From: Camelus dromedarius
Lineage: Eukaryota
Direction: 5' to 3'
Assembly: GCF_036321535.1 (NCBI RefSeq)
Contig: NC_087436.1
Coordinates: 28,336,001 to 28,400,000, forward strand
DNA: 64,000 nucleotides
Under the pieces are notes generated by a model. That model searched no databases. It was not told the DNA's origin and was given only the letters and a program-made list of their open reading frames with translations. This document shows positions 26,750-41,990 of this stretch, one piece after another. A program made the translations under genes and the position numbers. Each line of letters begins with the position of its first letter. Position 1 is the first letter of the stretch.

Positions 26750-27414
26750 CCAGCTTGGACTCCAGGTAAAAATAAAATAAAAAATAAAATAAAATGAGCT
26801 CATATCTCCTTTGGGAACAGAACAGCTGGAGAGGATTTCAGCTGTGTCAGTGTGAAAATTCCAGAGGGTCAAGGAGATCCCTGAGGGCTTTATTAGCTCA
26901 GAGTCCCTGTCCATCAAAGTGGCACATCTTCCCAGAATCCCCCGAAACCTCATCCATGGCCTGTTGATACATTTGTCTCCAATGTCTCCTTGACACATTG
27001 TCTATTAGGAACTCACACAGTATAGTCTTGCAAATTGTTTAATTAGTTAGCTGAGGGGAAGAAGAGATGTGGTAACAAGATATAAGGAAAGGGTAAATTA
27101 AGAAACACCGGGAATAAAGGCACAGAGAATGAAGACAGGATGTTCTAAATGGGTACTGGATTGAGTCAACAAGTAGGAATACAAATTAGAGCAATGATGG
27201 AAACTGAAAATTTCTTAAAGCTTTGTTTTTATTGGCTTTTGAAGTCAAAATGCCTGCTAAGGTAGATTAGTTATTGTTTTAAAAAATTAGCAATGCACAG
27301 TATAAAAGATTATAGTCAACAATACTGTTTTATAAACTTTATAAATGTGTAAACGTTTCATATCAACATGTTGTACACATTAAATTCACATAAGGTTATA
27401 TGTTAGTTAGATCT

Positions 27415-28251
27415 TGTTACTGAACCCAGGTTTGGCTACTCACCACACAACAGGCCAGTAAGTCAAGAGACAAGATGTTGTGGCAAGGAAAGCAACTTTA
27501 TTCGAGAAAGCTGGCTAACTGAGGAGATTGTAGACTAGTGTCCTTAAGAACCATCTTCACGTCTCAGTGCAGGCAAAAGGCTTTTAAATGTTAGGGGGCA
27601 GGGGCAGTGCTGAATTGTGTATGATCAGCTCATGCACAATTATCATGTGGTTGGCATCAAGGTGAAGTTTCCAGCATCACCGATCATCGTGATTCAACAA
27701 CTGTTCTGGGGTCTACGTGCTTGCAGTCAGCAGTTTTCACCTGGTGGGAGTCTGCTTCCTGTAAAAACAACTTAGGAATGTGCCAGACCTTTATTTATTT
27801 CTTTAAGGGAACTCAGGGGTCAGTGACTGCTACGTGGCTGGTTTATAGCCTAAATTGTAACTAACAGCTATTCTTTGTTTCTACATCTTCATATTTCCTA
27901 ATCATTAACTCTGGAGACAGTCTGTTTTCTTACATGGAGGCATACTTTTTTAAATTTATTTTTTAATTGAAGTATAGTCAGTTACAATGTGTCAGTTTCT
28001 GGTGTACAGCATAATGTCCCAGTCATGCATATACATACATATATTCATTTTCATATTCTTTTTCATTAAAAGTTATTACAAGATGTTGAATATAGTTCCC
28101 TGTGCTATACAGAAGAAATTTGTTTTTTTATCTCCTTTTATACATAGTGGTTAACATTTGCAAATTAAGACAGCCTTTTAAGACCCAGGGAACTAAAGCA
28201 AAAAGCTTTTACTTCAAAAGACAGGGACATGGGGGCTTGTACTCAGTTTCA
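27415..28251 (-). mobile_element. ERV1-class solo LTR, inserted in an L1 3' end and itself interrupted by an L1
   Basis: TGTTAC...TTTCA with perfect 4-bp TSD atct (27411-27414 and 28252-28255). Confidence 0.85.
27946..28167 (-). mobile_element. Young L1 3' fragment nested in the LTR
   Basis: Poly(T) followed by the reverse complement of the 18680-18860 family; candidate TSD agacag(t/c)ct at 27915-27923 and 28168-28176. Confidence 0.85.
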
Positions 28252-29233
28252 ATCTTAATAAATAAATAAAAAAACAGACACAGGCATGTTTACAGAGACA
28301 TCAAAAAACTATATTTAAAGTTAATGCAGTTTATACAGTAGAAAGAATATGAATCTAAAAATTAGAGAGACATAGATTAAAATCCTCACTTTCTTATATT
28401 TCTATTGCTTTACTTAATTAAAGTTTCTGCATCTGGTTCCAAATCCAAAACACTGGGAATTATAGCTCTCCTTTAGGACTGTTGTCAGAAATGAAATAGG
28501 CAAGAATATGTAAAACTGATAATAATAAAATTTTTTTAAAAAATAGAAACTGTTGGTTGAGCACTTACTCTGTGCTCATTACTTTATGTACAAATGTAAT
28601 GTCTTGAACATAGGTATGTACAACAGATAGTTGCTCTTATTAGTTAAGTACTAAAAATGTTAGAGTAATTTTAAGAAAAATTGTAATTCAGATTACATAC
28701 CGCTTTGACCTCTTGCATATATAACCACTCTAAACTATTTAGAGTCTTAACTCAGCCTCTCACCTGTGATCACTCAGATGATTTTGTGGCTGGCTCGGGA
28801 GCTCTGTCCCTCCAGGCCCTTGTTTTTCCTGTTCTTTACCCCTTATGCAGCAGGTTCTTTATGAATGAAAACACATCATGTTACTTTAAAATTTTTAAGA
28901 CATAAAGAGGCAGTCAACATCAGCATGAAAAAAAAAATGTGTTTTGTTTTCTACATCCAGAATATTAGGATCTGGGGTCAACAACTAGGGTCTTTTGCTG
29001 GTCTTGACCACCAGAAGGACAGAGCATAAACCAAGGATCCTGAGGGGATAGAAAGAACAAGATAAGGGGAAGAAAGAGATACCATTGAAAAAGGACTTCT
29101 GATTTGTCTTCTGAGTCTGACTCTGTGTGTCTGAAGGTGACTATGATCGGCTGTAGACAAGGCTGTGTCCTTCCTGGTTGATGTGCTGGACTTGGACACA
29201 GTGATAGACTTTGTAGGACACAATTACCCTACT

Positions 29234-29656
29234 TGTAATCAGAGAAATTATCTTGACACAGTTCTATGGATTCTCCTGGGTTAGAGACAGACTTTATTCC
29301 TCACAGTAATAGCAGTAGCCAGCGTGTTAGCATTATCTTGTGACAGTTCCTCAAGCCCAAAGTCTCACAGTGTCGTGTCTGGACATCCAGGTGACACCTG
29401 CACCCACAGTGGGTTGCACGAAAGGAGAGTAACCCAGTACTTAGGAGCATGCCTGCTTTGTGCTCCAACGAGAGAAAGTATCTCTATCTTGTAAGGCTGT
29501 GAATAAACCTGCACTTTGCTTCAGAGAGAAACACAGTATCTTCCAAGGCTGCTTTCTATACAAACATCATTTAAACCATAACAAAGATGCTCAGTGCATC
29601 TACTTATATAAGATGTGCACAAATGTGTGTGATGGACGGAGTACTGTCTGCCAACA
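29234..29656 (-). mobile_element. Old ERVL-type LTR (MER54/73/74-like, family uncertain)
   Basis: TG...CA ends; 'gacagactttattcctcacagtaatagcagtagccag', 'tatcttccaaggctg'. Confidence 0.5.
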
Positions 29657-29784
29657 TTCAAAACATAAGTGTTGAGAACCCATTCCATGCTAGCTCTTAC
29701 TATAGACATTGCAAATATAGTGGTGACTCATTTAGACACAATTTTTGCCTTCGTGCAATTTTCACTTTAAAGACGTAGTCTTGG

Positions 29785-29787
<3 letters not shown>

Positions 29788-29816
<29 letters not shown>
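29788..29816 (+). repeat. (TG)n microsatellite
   Basis: About 14 TG units. Confidence 0.95.
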
Positions 29817-29817
<1 letters not shown>

Positions 29818-29971
29818 GGGGGGAGTGACAGATAATAAAAAATAACAAATGAGGAATCTATTTCTATATATGTGGCAGTGGGATTGATAGGGAGGCTATC
29901 CCCTAGTAGCTAAACAGAACAGTTCCTAAGCCCCTAACTGATCAGTGCCTCCTGTCAGGGTTTGATAGCTC

Positions 29972-30565
29972 TGCCGGCTGAGGGTGATCAGGCCTCCTCT
30001 GGGTTCTGATCGTCTCTAGCCTAACAACCCCCAGGGATCCTTGAAATAGATCAGGTATACCTTGTTTCCTGACGACCACCGCCGGCGGGTTCCTGGACGT
30101 TAAGTCCCCTGTTGCTTGAATGCACGTGAAGAAAGAGCCAGGAGCCGAGAGTTCAGGTGCAAGCCAGACAGGCTAAGGATGGGAGGAGGTGGGCAAGAAG
30201 CTCAACCAGCCAAGTACTTGGAGGTCTCCGTGACTCAAGGCTAGGAGTACTTGGACCCAAGTCTCCTTCTGATCCCTGACAGCCCTGGCATTTTATTGAG
30301 TTACAGAACAATCAGGCAGAATGGGCTGGAGTAGGGAACGGGGTAATGGTTAGTTTCATTGGTGACCTTTAAGGTGTTAGGGGGCGTCTAGCGGCTTACG
30401 GGCGCAGGGCAACTGTCTTTTGGCTAGGCTTGCTTGCCTGTGGTTACAGTGGCTATTGCAGTTGGCCAGGTGTTGCTTTTTGCAAGCAGGAACTCTTTGC
30501 TGGTCTGCTCCTGCACTGAAACTTTACTTTAGTTTCAGAGCCAGCCCGCTTGCTTATGCCTTACA
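29972..30565 (-). mobile_element. Relatively young, CpG-retaining ERV solo LTR
   Basis: TG...TTACA ends, candidate TSD gctc/gctt, GC-rich with many CpGs compared with the flanks. Confidence 0.6.
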
Positions 30566-33259
30566 GCTTCCTGCAGTTAGGCATAACAGCAAGTGTCAGA
30601 AAATGCAGTTACACACCAAGGTGAGATCTCAGGAATTTCTACCTGAAGAAAAGATTTTACTTTTAAGACAGAAGTTAGCAAGCTATAGGAAAAGATACAT
30701 CTAGAAGAACTTTGGGGGTATTTGGAATTTGCCATTTGCAGCCAAAACCTGGGACCAAGCAGAAAAGTTAGTTTTATGAAATTTTTCTACCCAGTTACAG
30801 AAGTGGGCCTGGCAAAGTGACAGAGGAGGTAATTACCCACTCTAAACAGTTAACAGCCTGCTCACATTATTTCATGAGGCTCCCTTCAGAGACAAGCATG
30901 AGTTGGTAAAGGAGAATGAGCAGGAGAAATCTCTAACACCTAAGGGTAAAATCCCAGTGACCCTGCCAATCTTGAACCATTTCCTCTAAAGCACTGACAC
31001 CCATGGATCTTAATGCAGAAACCTCTGAGGTTAAGCCTGTGGAACCTGGAACACGGTTTTCTAGATAGGAATTTGGCTGACTAATTCTATAATAGTTGCC
31101 ATGTAGACGAGTAAAGACTAATATGATGAGCAGAAAAAGATCTCTGTCCAAAGTAGACAACAGCTCCACATTTGGGTGTCAGAAAACCATTCATGTGTGA
31201 ATGACCAGTAATACAATGAACATATCTGTGGAAGATGGTAGATCTTCCCTGGCAACAAGAGTAAGATGGTAGCCCTCAAGCTCTGTCTCTTCATCAAGGT
31301 TAGAGCCAATCAGAATCTCTTTTACAGTGGCACATGGGTTCCATTAAGAAGAAGTAGCTGGCCAAGAAGGGGTTTCTCAGACCCATTCACTTCCTCTGTT
31401 CTTCCTTAACTACCCCTGTTAGGATTGAAGAGATTTTGGCTTAATCATACAATGGATTTCTGTTATAAGATGTGATCAGCCCTGGTGATGGAATGTCTGA
31501 TTGTTTTGTAGAAACTAACTGAAGAATCTGAGAATACGGGGTGAGCAGCTTTCCCGACTTTGACAATGTAGGTTAAGCAGAAAGATGAAGTCAGAGTTCT
31601 GGAGAAAGGAGAGGGGCTATACAAAAGTAGGGAGGGCAACGTGACAAAATGAAGAATCTATCTGAGGGGAATCAGACTGGAAGTTTAAACAAATGTTGTC
31701 CAACATCAATTATGTCTTAATCACTATATTGTCAATACCTAGAACTATTTTACTAAAATAGTTGATTACCTCACAGCAACCATTCCAGCAGACTTCAGAA
31801 ACACTTTGGTCTTATTAGTATAACAGCTTTTTATTTTAAAATGCGTTTTCATACTCAGAATGATTCATGATTCTGCATCTTTACATTATCCCTGCTTCAT
31901 GTTTCTAGGACTCCATGTCTTTCACATAATCTTCACATTACAGTTCTGAAATGTAATATAAACAAGTCACTTCTTAGATCAATTATTCCAATAGCTTTCA
32001 TTTAGAACAAAGCCTGTAACATAGTCTAGTATGTGAAGTACTCTGGCCTATTTTCTTTGTCCTTTCAATTACTACCACTTTCTTCTTCACACTTTGTATT
32101 CCAGCAATATTAAATGGATACTGGTTGACACCAACATTACTTATCCTTAAACTTCCCGGGAGTTCACAAAAAGACAGCTTGGCTTTCTTTAGCACTATCT
32201 TCTCTGAAAAAGCTTTCTTTGGCCCTTATAAGTAGAATCATTTGTATTCTGTGCTAAACTTCTATCATATATGTTTCAGATTTTTGATTTTACATTGTTT
32301 TAAAATTGTTGTTTTAGTTTCTTTTTCTAATAAGAGCCTTGAGGCTTTTGAGGAAAGATGCTGTGTCTTATTCCATTTTATTTGCATGATGCCTACCTAA
32401 CTTTTTGCTGGTAAATGGTATTTTGGATTGATTTGAACTTTTGATCAAGATTTACTAGTAATCAAACATTACTTTTTACGACATTTCTATGTGCTCTGAA
32501 TGGAGAAGTGTAACTCTGATACGTAAATCATATACCTCATTCTCGAGAAATTAACACTATATTTTGGAAAAAAAAAAACAGAAAATAAGTACAACTGAAA
32601 AGAGACCATAACTGTCAAATAGAACCAAATAATCTGAAAGATGCAATATTACACTTTGGAGTAAATATTGAACATGGCACTTTCAAAATATAATAAAGCA
32701 AGTTTCATTCATGTAATTACTTTCTATTAAGATAATAAAGGCCATTCTGGACAAAAATAAGGAAAGTTTTATTAACAGTTGACTACATCAGAGCAGTGAT
32801 TCAAGTAGATGTCAGAAACTACTCTGGTCGAATTAGTACAAGAGATGTCTAAAATGCATTCTCATACTCAAAATAGCTCTTTATTCATTTCTTCATAATA
32901 TATACTAAGATAAGCAATGACCTCAATTAACATCAGTATCAGTGAATAGAAACACTGACAGTTTCCCTGCCATTTAAGCCAAACGACATCTTACTTCCTC
33001 TTTAATTCGATGAGCCACCAACTTGTATGATGAATAGTGATTGAGTTAAATAACATAAGGTGGGCAAACTTACAACTTATTTCAAAATGAGGCAAAACAT
33101 TGGCACTGAATTGAAATGTTTTCAGAATATTTGAGGAATTAAGACAAGCAAGTCAGCAATATGCAAAGCTGCAACAATTGGCTAAGGAAAGCAGAAGACA
33201 ATTGACAGAAGAGAATTTTAGGTCAAAGTCCATCAAGACCAATGAACAAAATTACACAC

Positions 33260-33950
33260 AAATATACAATGCGTATGTTAAATCACTTCAGAAAAGGATA
33301 AGTAATCAGTGTCAGCTACACTACTGAAAGAAAAAAGAATTACTGGTGAAAACAGGGCTGAAGGATGGTAGAATTTGGATAATCATAGGGAAAGGATATT
33401 TTTAAAACAATTAACTGCATGTACTTATAAAACAAATGATGAATTAGCTTGACAGAAGGTATATGTAGCTAAGATAGAATTAATATTGCAGAGTTTTGGA
33501 AGTCATTTGTTTTTGTTTTTTTTTTACTAAAACCTTATAAAAGAAATTTTAGTAAGATTAATCTGGCAGCAAAATGCACAATGGAATGTCATACAGACAG
33601 ACTGGCATATAGACAAAAGAAGATGAATGAATAAAACTCATGCATTAGTACACAAGGAAATGAGGCAAAAGCAGTGGTAATGGGAATAAACAGAAAGGGC
33701 AAATGTAAAAGACATCCCAAATTAAGAAATTATTGAATCAACACAACTGACAAAATGGTGAAATTTAGAGAATTAAAGAGAGAGAAGAGTCACAGATGCT
33801 TAAAAATGCTTACTTTGTTCAAATATAAACATGAAAACAGTGTAATGAATAGTATAAATAGGAAGAAGTATGATTGGTGGTCATTAAACAAATTGAGGTT
33901 TGTATCTTTTGTGTGTAGGTTGATTAGAGACAAATATAGGACTGAATTCT
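33260..33950 (-). mobile_element. Highly decayed L2 fragment
   Basis: Purine-rich antisense L2 phrases ('aagattaatctggcagc', 'gcagtggtaatgggaat'). Confidence 0.45.
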
Positions 33951-34644
33951 GAATCTGGTAACTTCACTTTTCACAAAATGTTTAGTGAAGATAACAGTAA
34001 AGGAAAATGAAAAGTCGATGAGTTTTTGGAATATTTTAACATTTCTTTGTTGTACAAAGAACTAATGTAATCTTAGGCATTATTCCTAGAAATATAAAGT
34101 CTTAACAAAATTCTCTGGCAATACACACTTAGGAAATTTCTCTTTTAGAAATCTGATAATATTCAATATGATGTTCACTTTTATTTACTTTAAACAGTGC
34201 CAAATAGTGTTTTAATTTTTTTGAATTATGTGCTGATATCCACTGGTGGTATCCACCAACTATGTCAGTGGTCTTTTTTTCCTTTTTTAATTGCAGCCTA
34301 GAAGGTATGGTTGAAGAAAAGAACACTTACTTTATTTATTTGAACAAATGATCCTACAGGAGCAACACATACCAGAATAAATGTCACCAAAAAAAAAAAA
34401 AACCCATTATTCAGGATTAATTTAGGAATAATCATGGACCCATTATTTAACATCAGATAGGTTAAAAGCAATTTGGGTTTTATAGTTAAAATCATCTTCC
34501 TGTTTAGTTGTGTGTGTCTTTTAAAATATATTACTAAGAATAAATTCTGTTAGAGTATCATTATCTTCTGAAAGAGAAGTATACTTTTTCTAGTCCTTAC
34601 ATTAGAAAAGATGCCACCCTGGGGGCTCACTCATTTAGCTGTAA

Positions 34645-34808
34645 AGTCTTGATACTCAGAGTAGTTCAGAGACCAACAGAATCTGCATCACTCAGGAGCT
34701 TTTTGGAAATGCAGAGTTTCCAGATCATTCCAAATTACTGAATTAGAATCTGCTTTCAAACAAGATCATTCCCGGTTGTCTATGTCCATTAAAGTTTAAA
34801 AGGCACTA
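34645..34808. mobile_element. MER5A-like hAT-Charlie MITE
   Basis: 'gcatcactcaggagctttttggaaatgcagag...tactgaattagaatctgctttcaaacaagatc...ttaaagtttaaaaggcact'. Confidence 0.7.
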
Positions 34809-35104
34809 GATTAGCCTTATATAGACCAGACAATTCAATTTTGCTGGTAACATTCCTTAAGATGTATGATGATTCAAATGTAAGGTTTTATGGAAATGAT
34901 GTTAAAGAATTTAACGCTAGAGGAAAAGAAACCAATGTTACTCTAAAGCTATTCTGTGCAGATCTTGTGTTAGACATTTCCAATGTATTAGTTCATTTAA
35001 TCCTTACAATACTCTCTGAGGCAAGGGACACTATCTCCATATCTCTGGGCATGAAAACCAGCCTCAGGTTAAATATCTCATCTATTTATCTCTTCTACAC
35101 AGTG

Positions 35105-35539
35105 TATTCTTTCAATAAATACTGAACATCTCATTTCTGCAAGTCTCTGAGTTAAGCCTGGAAATAAAATAGGCATGGTCCCTACTGTCCTAAAATGTAC
35201 AATATATTTTAATTAGACAAATGCTACGAAAATACAAGGTGGTATGTAAGTTTCTAAGAGGGAAACCTAAACTTTTCCAGAAGTTGTATAGGGAAAACTT
35301 CTATTTGGAAAGAGTATCTAAACTGACTGCTGAGAAATAGTTTTGTAAAGTTGGCCCTGAACAAAAGGCGAGCGTGTCAGTTTAGTAAGGGGATCCAAGC
35401 AGCAGTTGAGGCTGAAACATGGCAGGAATCCTGCAGAGCTTCGTAGAGCAAGGTGCGGACGTTGGATCTTATCCAAGAGTCAAAGGAAGCCACTGGAGGG
35501 GTTTACGCAAGGAAGTAACAAGCTCTGATCCACCTTTGG

Positions 35540-35550
<11 letters not shown>
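35105..35550 (-). mobile_element. L2 3' end abutting the CpG island
   Basis: 'ttcaataaatactgaac...catggtccctactgtcc...ggaagccactggagggg...tctgatccacctttggcaaagctccc'. Confidence 0.6.
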
Positions 35551-37617
<2,067 letters not shown>

Positions 37618-39650
37618 GAGAGGAAAACTTACTGCACCAGCCAGTGTTTGCTGCAGGTTGGGTAGGGAATGTTAGTGATCTCTGCCTGAATTGTCCTCAG
37701 TAAATTTCAGATCCCAGCTGATGGCTTCTTAGTTTGGTAAACATTGTGATCAAAGGTTTTGTATATAAAGCTATTTCATTTTCTTCCGAGGAAAAATATT
37801 TGAACCTTAGAAGCCCAGTTCTTTTTACAGAAGCACACCATTTAATTACAATATTATGTATTTTTCTGATTTTAATGTAGTGTTCAGAGCAAAAGTATAG
37901 TTAGATATATTTTATTGTATTTTGAACCAGCTGAAGTGTGGTAATTATTTGCGTTTACTGCATACTTTTTTCTTATTTTAATATCTTTAGCTTTAATTTC
38001 TTCCATGAAAATATGCCCAAAGTAGTTCTTATACCTAAGGATTGCAAAATTATTTTTACAAACAAATTTTCTTATTTCATATCTAATTTTTTAAAGAAAC
38101 CAAAATTTAAAAATCGCCACTACAAATTTGATATCTAATTTCATTTTAATAATGCTTAAAGAACTAGGACATGGTTGAATATCTTTTAAATTTGTATCCC
38201 CAGAAGATTGTTTTTCTAATGTCTGAAATTAATGGTGGAGTTTTTAATGTTGCCTACAAACCTGCTTTATAGGATATTTTGCTGTTCTTTCCATTGGTTG
38301 ACCATTCAGGTGCTTGCTGGTTATCAAAATAGTGACTTGAATAGTAGAACCTTAACTTCTACATTCCTTAAATTATGAACCTGTATCTATTTAGGTAAAA
38401 AAGTTGGCCTAGTCTTAACTCTCTTTACAGATACACAATATAAAATTATGCCTTAAGTCTTGAACCAGATACCAATACTATAAAAGTCATATATATATAT
38501 ATAGAATATAGATATTCTGTTTACCAACTGTGTTTTCTAATCTCTGTTTTATGTTGTTCCATGTAGTGATACTGTCTCAGGGTTCAGAAAAGTAAGATCC
38601 TTTATTTTTATGAACTTTATGTCTCCTTTTATCAGACCTTAAGAGCTGTGTAACCCATTAAGGGTCACATTTAGCCTGGATTGATCAGAAGTTCACTAAT
38701 TGATTTTCTGATAAATTGAAGTTACATCACTTAGCCCGTTGTCCAGCACAATTTTTATTTCAGTCTCATTCCCAGATCTTTCCTTCTCTCCTGCCTTTAG
38801 TCAATATTACTCAGTTCCTCTGTACTTTTTAAAAAGGGTTTTATTATACTGACTTTTACTGTGTGCTATTTGAAATCCACTTTGGAAATGGATGCAAGAG
38901 TTATTTATTTACATTTAAGTAATTAATTTTAAAATTCTTATTCAGTCTTACCAAAGGTGTCTAGAAAATAGTTCTGTTGTTGTTGTTTACTCTGCTTGAT
39001 TGTTTCTTATGACCATATATTCAAGTTTTCTGTTTTTTATATTACCAGAACAGAAGAAACATTAAAGTATTTTTCTTTGGCAATACTTTAGCTATTAAAG
39101 AATGAGAAAATCTGTTTTATTTATTTTTGTATGAACTATATGTATATGCATTGCACATTTTCTAAATTAAAAGTCTCTTTTAGACAATGAAAAAATTATG
39201 AAGAGTGAAAAAAATTACAGCAACACATAATCTTATTATGCAGACAGATCTTTAAAATTTATTGCATTTCCCAAATTTTTTCTATACTTATACACATAAT
39301 TTAATGAAAATGGAATCATACTATAAACCTTGTTTGAAATTGCTTTCTTAATTTGACAATATGCCATAGTCAGCTTATATGACCACAAATAATTATTTGC
39401 ACTATAATTTTAATGACATATCTTTCCGTTAATGTTTGTATCATAATATAATAATTTCTTCTTGATAAACATGTAGGTTGCTAGATTGTTCCCTCTCTTT
39501 TTCTTTTTTCCTCTATCATAAACAACTTGAAGATAAACACCCTTGCAAACTTATGTATGCTGATGTATATAATTTTCTTAAGAAAATATATAATTCACTG
39601 GAATTAATGTTTAAGAGGACAGCAATTTAAAAAATTATTTCAATAAATAT
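37618..39650 (+). other. Probable PABPC4L 3'UTR (3' end uncertain)
   Basis: AT-rich sequence after the stop; candidate polyA hexamers ATTAAA 39061, ATTAAA 39094, AATAAA 39642; the transcript could extend further. Confidence 0.45.
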
Positions 39651-41595
39651 TACCCAAATGCTGTTCAGAAACTTGTGCCACTTAACATTTCCATTATGAG
39701 TGTCTATGCTCATTTTCCTGTACTCTAAGAAGAAGGGATTTTGTTTAAGTAGTTCAATTCAAGATGATATGTAAAAACAAAATATTTCATGGTTATTTAT
39801 TTTATTTTTTATTACATCAAAAGTTAAGCAGCATTTCTTGTATTTACTGGTCATTTGCCATATTGTGAGCTAATGTTTCAGGATCTTAGCCTATTTTCCT
39901 GTTGGGATATTTTTTATTTAAATGGATTTGTTCAATTTCTTTACATGTTAAGGACAAAATTTTAAACTTTTTTTCCTTGATACTCTTATCTTGTTTCTAG
40001 TTTTGAGAATCATTCCAAAGTTAAATTTTTAAAGTCAAAAGCTAAATCTTTCAGTTTGGTGGCTTTAATATGTTTCAAAACACTTTGAACACCTCAAATA
40101 TAACCCCCAACCATATACATACAATTCATCTGTATTATCTTCTATTACACTCAGAGTTTCATATTCTCAGTATTTTCTAAACAAAACTTTTGTCTATACA
40201 GTAGCTTATCCACAGCCTATATTAATATTTTTGAAGTGTCTTTAATTTTATTAACATGTTTTGGTAAATACTGATCCACTAAGAATATATATCAAATCCA
40301 TAAGCCAACTCTAATTCATTGGCTCTTTGAATCACTGTGTTGAGAAGTATTTACCTCCAAAGGAGAGAGCTTTTAAGAAAAGGTGCTAGGCAACATGACT
40401 GGGAAGTGTAGTAGGTGTGTCAAGCCTTGACAGCTCTTTCTGGATAATTCACTCTATCAAAATGTTCAAATATTTGAACAGTGTTTCACAATGCTTGTAA
40501 ATGGATTATCAAGATAATATCAGGGAACTGAGTTAGTTCTCTTCTCACATGCAAAAAGAATTAATAGAACATAATTTACAGATGTTTAGATGAATTGTAG
40601 CTATAGCTTCATGACACAATAATATATCATTTTAGTAAAATTGCTTATTATTAATATTCACCATAAGAAATGGTTGTCAGTTTACCAAAAAATATGATCT
40701 TGCAGATTTTCTTGATTATTTAAATTTTACTCATTCTAAATTGTGTGTGTGTGTGTGATACTATCAAGTCATCTTAGCAGTAGAGATTCATGAATTCAAG
40801 AAACTTTATTCTTTTTATGTCCAAGTGCCTTGATAAATTAAAAAAAAAAAACTTCACTTTTCTGATAAACATTCCAGTAAAAGTTAATTTATACAGAGAT
40901 GCCTTGAGCCACTGCTTCTGTTCTCCCTTTTCTCTCCCCACACACATTGTCAAGTTTGTTGTATAGATGCCTGCTTGCATATACAGCCAATTGAATAGAT
41001 ATATGCCTTTTAAATTTTTTATTTTTAAATTTTTAAATGGAAATTTATAGTTAGTAAAAATAAGCTTTTTAAAGTGGTGTAGGATTGGTATTTTCATGTT
41101 CTTAATATTTTTATAACTCCATTGAGAAAAGCTCAAATAAAATCTAATCCTTCAATGATGAAGACTTGTCTGAAAATGATCTTTATTTAATTTTTTCATA
41201 TATCTAATTTTCTAAAATCAGGTTTTCTTAGGAATAAACTAGAAACAACTTTCATTTTTAAATGAAAATGGTCATATTTCATGTTTTAAAAGACCAACTC
41301 CCATAGGAACTAGTAACTCTTTTTTAAGTTACTCATAATGATGGGACCATGATTGAAAAGCACCTCTAATATAGACCAAGATTTCATGAGGAATAAGAGA
41401 CTACTTTAAAGACACTTTTGAATTTAATTGTTAAAGTAAAATTCAGCTAATATTTTGAGGATTTAGAATTAGCTTACGTATTATATTCAGAAAGTATGCC
41501 TCATAATGTAATTTTTAAAAGTAAATAATAAAACAGGTAGAAAAAAGAATTCTTTTAAATCTACATTTTAGAAAGTAGAACAAATTAAATATCCT

Positions 41596-41990
41596 CAGGA
41601 TATCTTTGGTTTCAAGTAATAGGAAATCCAGCTGATAGGAGGAAAGGAAGTTTTATTTAACAAAATATTCAGAGTTAAGGTGTCTTCAGGTGAAGTATAG
41701 CAGAATGTCTGTGCCAGTTCTCCTGGAGTCTCCTGCTCTTCACTCTGTCTCAGCTTCATCATCAGGCAGGTTTTCAAGATGCTTGCAGGAATTCCTGTTA
41801 CCACACTGAACACGGCAACACTCAGAAGGTGATACCTTTCCTAGAAACCTTTTAACAGCTTTTCCCCTCAGTTCTCATTGTCTGTTATTGGCGTACTTAC
41901 CCGACAAGAGCTGCCACTAGAATTGAGGAAGGAGTCAACTTTCCAAGTTCCTTGCAGAATGGGCTTATGCTAGGAAGAAACAAGAGTAGA
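41596..41990 (-). mobile_element. Old MaLR LTR (MLT1J/K-like)
   Basis: 'tcaggatatctttggtttcaagtaataggaaatccagct...tttcccctcagttctcattg'. Confidence 0.5.
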
